Source of the DNA: a virus
Lineage: Duplodnaviria; Caudoviricetes
Direction: 5' to 3' (one strand)
IMG/VR virus record: IMGVR_UViG_3300030450_002092
Span: 1 to 58,918 of that record
DNA: 58,918 nucleotides
The translations under genes and the position numbers were made by a program. The notes under the pieces are model-generated. The model was given only the letters and a program-made list of their open reading frames with translations. It had not been told where the DNA came from and did not search any database. The stretch's first letter is position 1; each line of letters opens with the position of its first letter. Shown piece after piece: positions 57,038-58,918 of the stretch.

Positions 57038-58918
57038 ATGGCAATAAATTTTTTAAATGCAGTAAGCATAGCGGGCAATTTAGATTTAAATGTAAATCAA
57101 TTAGTCCAAGTTAGAATTGAAAACTTAACAAGCAATCCAGCTGGAACAGGTGGTAGAATCTATTACAATTCTACTGACGGTTCATTAAGATATTATAATG
57201 CTGACGGTTCATCATGGATAACTTTAGATGGAACAGGTGATGTTGATTCTATTGCAGTAGCAAATGGAGGAACATCTTCAGGCACAGCATTAAGCGTTAA
57301 TAGTTCTACAGGAGCTGTAACGATTAGTTCTCTTGCATATGGAGGAACAACAAATGTTGGTCATGTGCCAACTGGAGGTTCTGCCTCAACATTCTTAAGA
57401 GGTGATGGTACTTGGGTAACACCTGGAGGAACTTATTCTTCTTGGACTTTAGGCGCTGATTCAACCGCAGGGACAAACACAGTATCTGATGGAGAAACAG
57501 CAACATTTACTGGTGGAACTGGTATAGATACATCATTATCAACAAGAACAGTTACATTTAATTTAGATTTAAATGAGCTTAGTACAGCAACAGCTGTAGC
57601 AACGGATTATGTAGCGATAGTAGATGTAACTGATAATTCTAGTAAAAAAGCATTGATAAGTGACATAGTTGCTTTAGTGCCTCAAGGTGATGTAACAGCT
57701 GTAACAGCTTCTACTGATGACGCGAAAAAAGGTATTACAGTAGCAAATAGCACTGGCCCTATTCCTGATGTAGGCTTAGATATTATTGGTCAAACAAATT
57801 TAGGGGCTACAGCAGCCACTGATGATGAGCTTATTATTTATGATTTAAGCTCAACTACAAACAAATCTATTACAGTAGCAAATCTTTTAGCTGCTGCTCC
57901 ACAAGGAGACATAACGGGATTAACAGAAGGCGCGGGTATTACTATTACTAACGCAACTGGCCCTGTACCTACAGTAGCTATAGATTATGCGGGTACTGAT
58001 AATGTTATATTAGAAGCAACGGATGACACAGGAAATGCAGTTGCAGCAACTGATAAAATTATTACAAGTAATGTTTCAACAAATGCAGTTGAGTATCATA
58101 ATGTTTCAGATTTACCATTTACAAATAATGATGGAGATATTACAAATGTTACTGCTGGTACGTATTTAAATGGTGGTGGAGCTTCAGGTAGTGTCACCCT
58201 AAATCATGACCCTACAACTAGAAGTGATACAACGACTTCAGCTTCACCTGGTTCAGGAGGAACTTTAGATGTAGTTGATAGTGTAACAACAAACGCAACT
58301 GGACACATTACTGGAATCAATGTGGAAACAGTAACTTTCCCAACTTCAGATAATTATGGTAGTTGGACTGTAGCAGATAGTGGAGGTAATTCTTCCACGG
58401 TAAGTTCAGGACAAACTGCAACATTTGAGCCTACAGCGAATCAAACAACTGTTGCCGAAAGCGGTAGAACTGTTTCAATAGGGTTAGCTACAAATGTAAC
58501 AATACCAGGAGACTTAACAGTTGGTGGTGGTGATATTACTTTAACAGGAACTGGAAGAATTACAGGTGTTGATACGGTTACAGCTTCGACTGATGCAGCT
58601 TCAAAAGGATATGTAGATAGTGCGGTAAGTGGACAATTAGTATTCCAAGGGGGATACGATGCATCAGCTGACCCACCAACGGGAGCTAGTGTATTAACTG
58701 GTTATACATACGTGGTAACTGTAGCGGGAAGTGGTTCAGGTGGAACATTCTGGTCAGTTCCATTAGAGATTGGAGATTTAATTATTTCTAACCAAGACAA
58801 CCCAACAGATGAAGGTGATTGGACGGAAGTTAACAAGAATATTAGTTTAGCTACAACTACTACAGTTGGTGTAGCATCATTTAGCTCAGACAACTTTGCT
58901 GTTAGTGCGGCAGGGGCG
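57038..58918 (+). CDS. tail fibre protein, truncated by the window end (not in ORF track)
   Basis: ATG 57038 (MAINFLNAVS...); G/T/S-rich, 'FLRGDGTW', repeated 'GD[VI]T.[VL]T' units; appears open to the end. Confidence 0.8.
   Translation, partial: MAINFLNAVSIAGNLDLNVNQLVQVRIENLTSNPAGTGGRIYYNSTDGSLRYYNADGSSWITLDGTGDVDSIAVANGGTSSGTALSVNSSTGAVTISSLAYGGTTNVGHVPTGGSASTFLRGDGTWVTPGGTYSSWTLGADSTAGTNTVSDGETATFTGGTGIDTSLSTRTVTFNLDLNELSTATAVATDYVAIVDVTDNSSKKALISDIVALVPQGDVTAVTASTDDAKKGITVANSTGPIPDVGLDIIGQTNLGATAATDDELIIYDLSSTTNKSITVANLLAAAPQGDITGLTEGAGITITNATGPVPTVAIDYAGTDNVILEATDDTGNAVAATDKIITSNVSTNAVEYHNVSDLPFTNNDGDITNVTAGTYLNGGGASGSVTLNHDPTTRSDTTTSASPGSGGTLDVVDSVTTNATGHITGINVETVTFPTSDNYGSWTVADSGGNSSTVSSGQTATFEPTANQTTVAESGRTVSIGLATNVTIPGDLTVGGGDITLTGTGRITGVDTVTASTDAASKGYVDSAVSGQLVFQGGYDASADPPTGASVLTGYTYVVTVAGSGSGGTFWSVPLEIGDLIISNQDNPTDEGDWTEVNKNISLATTTTVGVASFSSDNFAVSAAGA

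Noticed and set aside
1319-58893. Many antisense and nested ORFs in the track (e.g. 1852..2322, 26024..26401, 49710..50348)
   Set aside because: Shadow frames of well-supported genes; no motifs or expression signals
57038-58918. Diversity-generating retroelement targeting the tail fibre
   Set aside because: No reverse transcriptase and no adenine-mismatched template/variable repeat pair seen in the window
1-58918. tRNA genes, integrase and DNA polymerase
   Set aside because: No cloverleaf with T-loop/CCA features and no corresponding protein motifs recognised; they could lie outside the window

Overview
AT-rich segment of a tailed, podovirus-like dsDNA phage genome. The host is most likely Bacteroidota, since many intergenic sites match the TAnnTTTG -7 promoter element. 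From 0.2 to 31.6 kb on the + strand lie a tandem GroES-like protein, terminase, portal, scaffold, major capsid protein, tail proteins and internal/ejection proteins. One of these is a 2986-aa protein with a kinase-like and an HExxH zincin domain. From 31.6 to 48.1 kb on the - strand lie replication, recombination and early genes: metallophosphoesterase, two DnaA-domain-IV-like proteins, VRR-NUC, SNF2-like helicase, primase-helicase, SSB, exonuclease, ssDNA-annealing protein, and an amidoligase plus a GATase-GGCT fusion interrupted by one in-frame TGA. From 48.7 to 58.9 kb on the + strand lie a SET-domain protein, GroEL/GroES, small basic proteins, an envelope/lysis cluster and a truncated tail fibre. 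The most striking unexplained signals are cis elements. (1) A 20-bp asymmetric palindrome WTTGGTCG-N4-CGACT(AAT) occurs six times, including inside coding genes. (2) Two copies, 11.3 kb apart, of an identically spaced TATGTCG iteron array surround a perfect IHF-consensus site. (3) A dense repeat/palindrome island lies at 45.2-45.5 kb. All protein calls come from motifs recognised by eye and from synteny; no database search was run.
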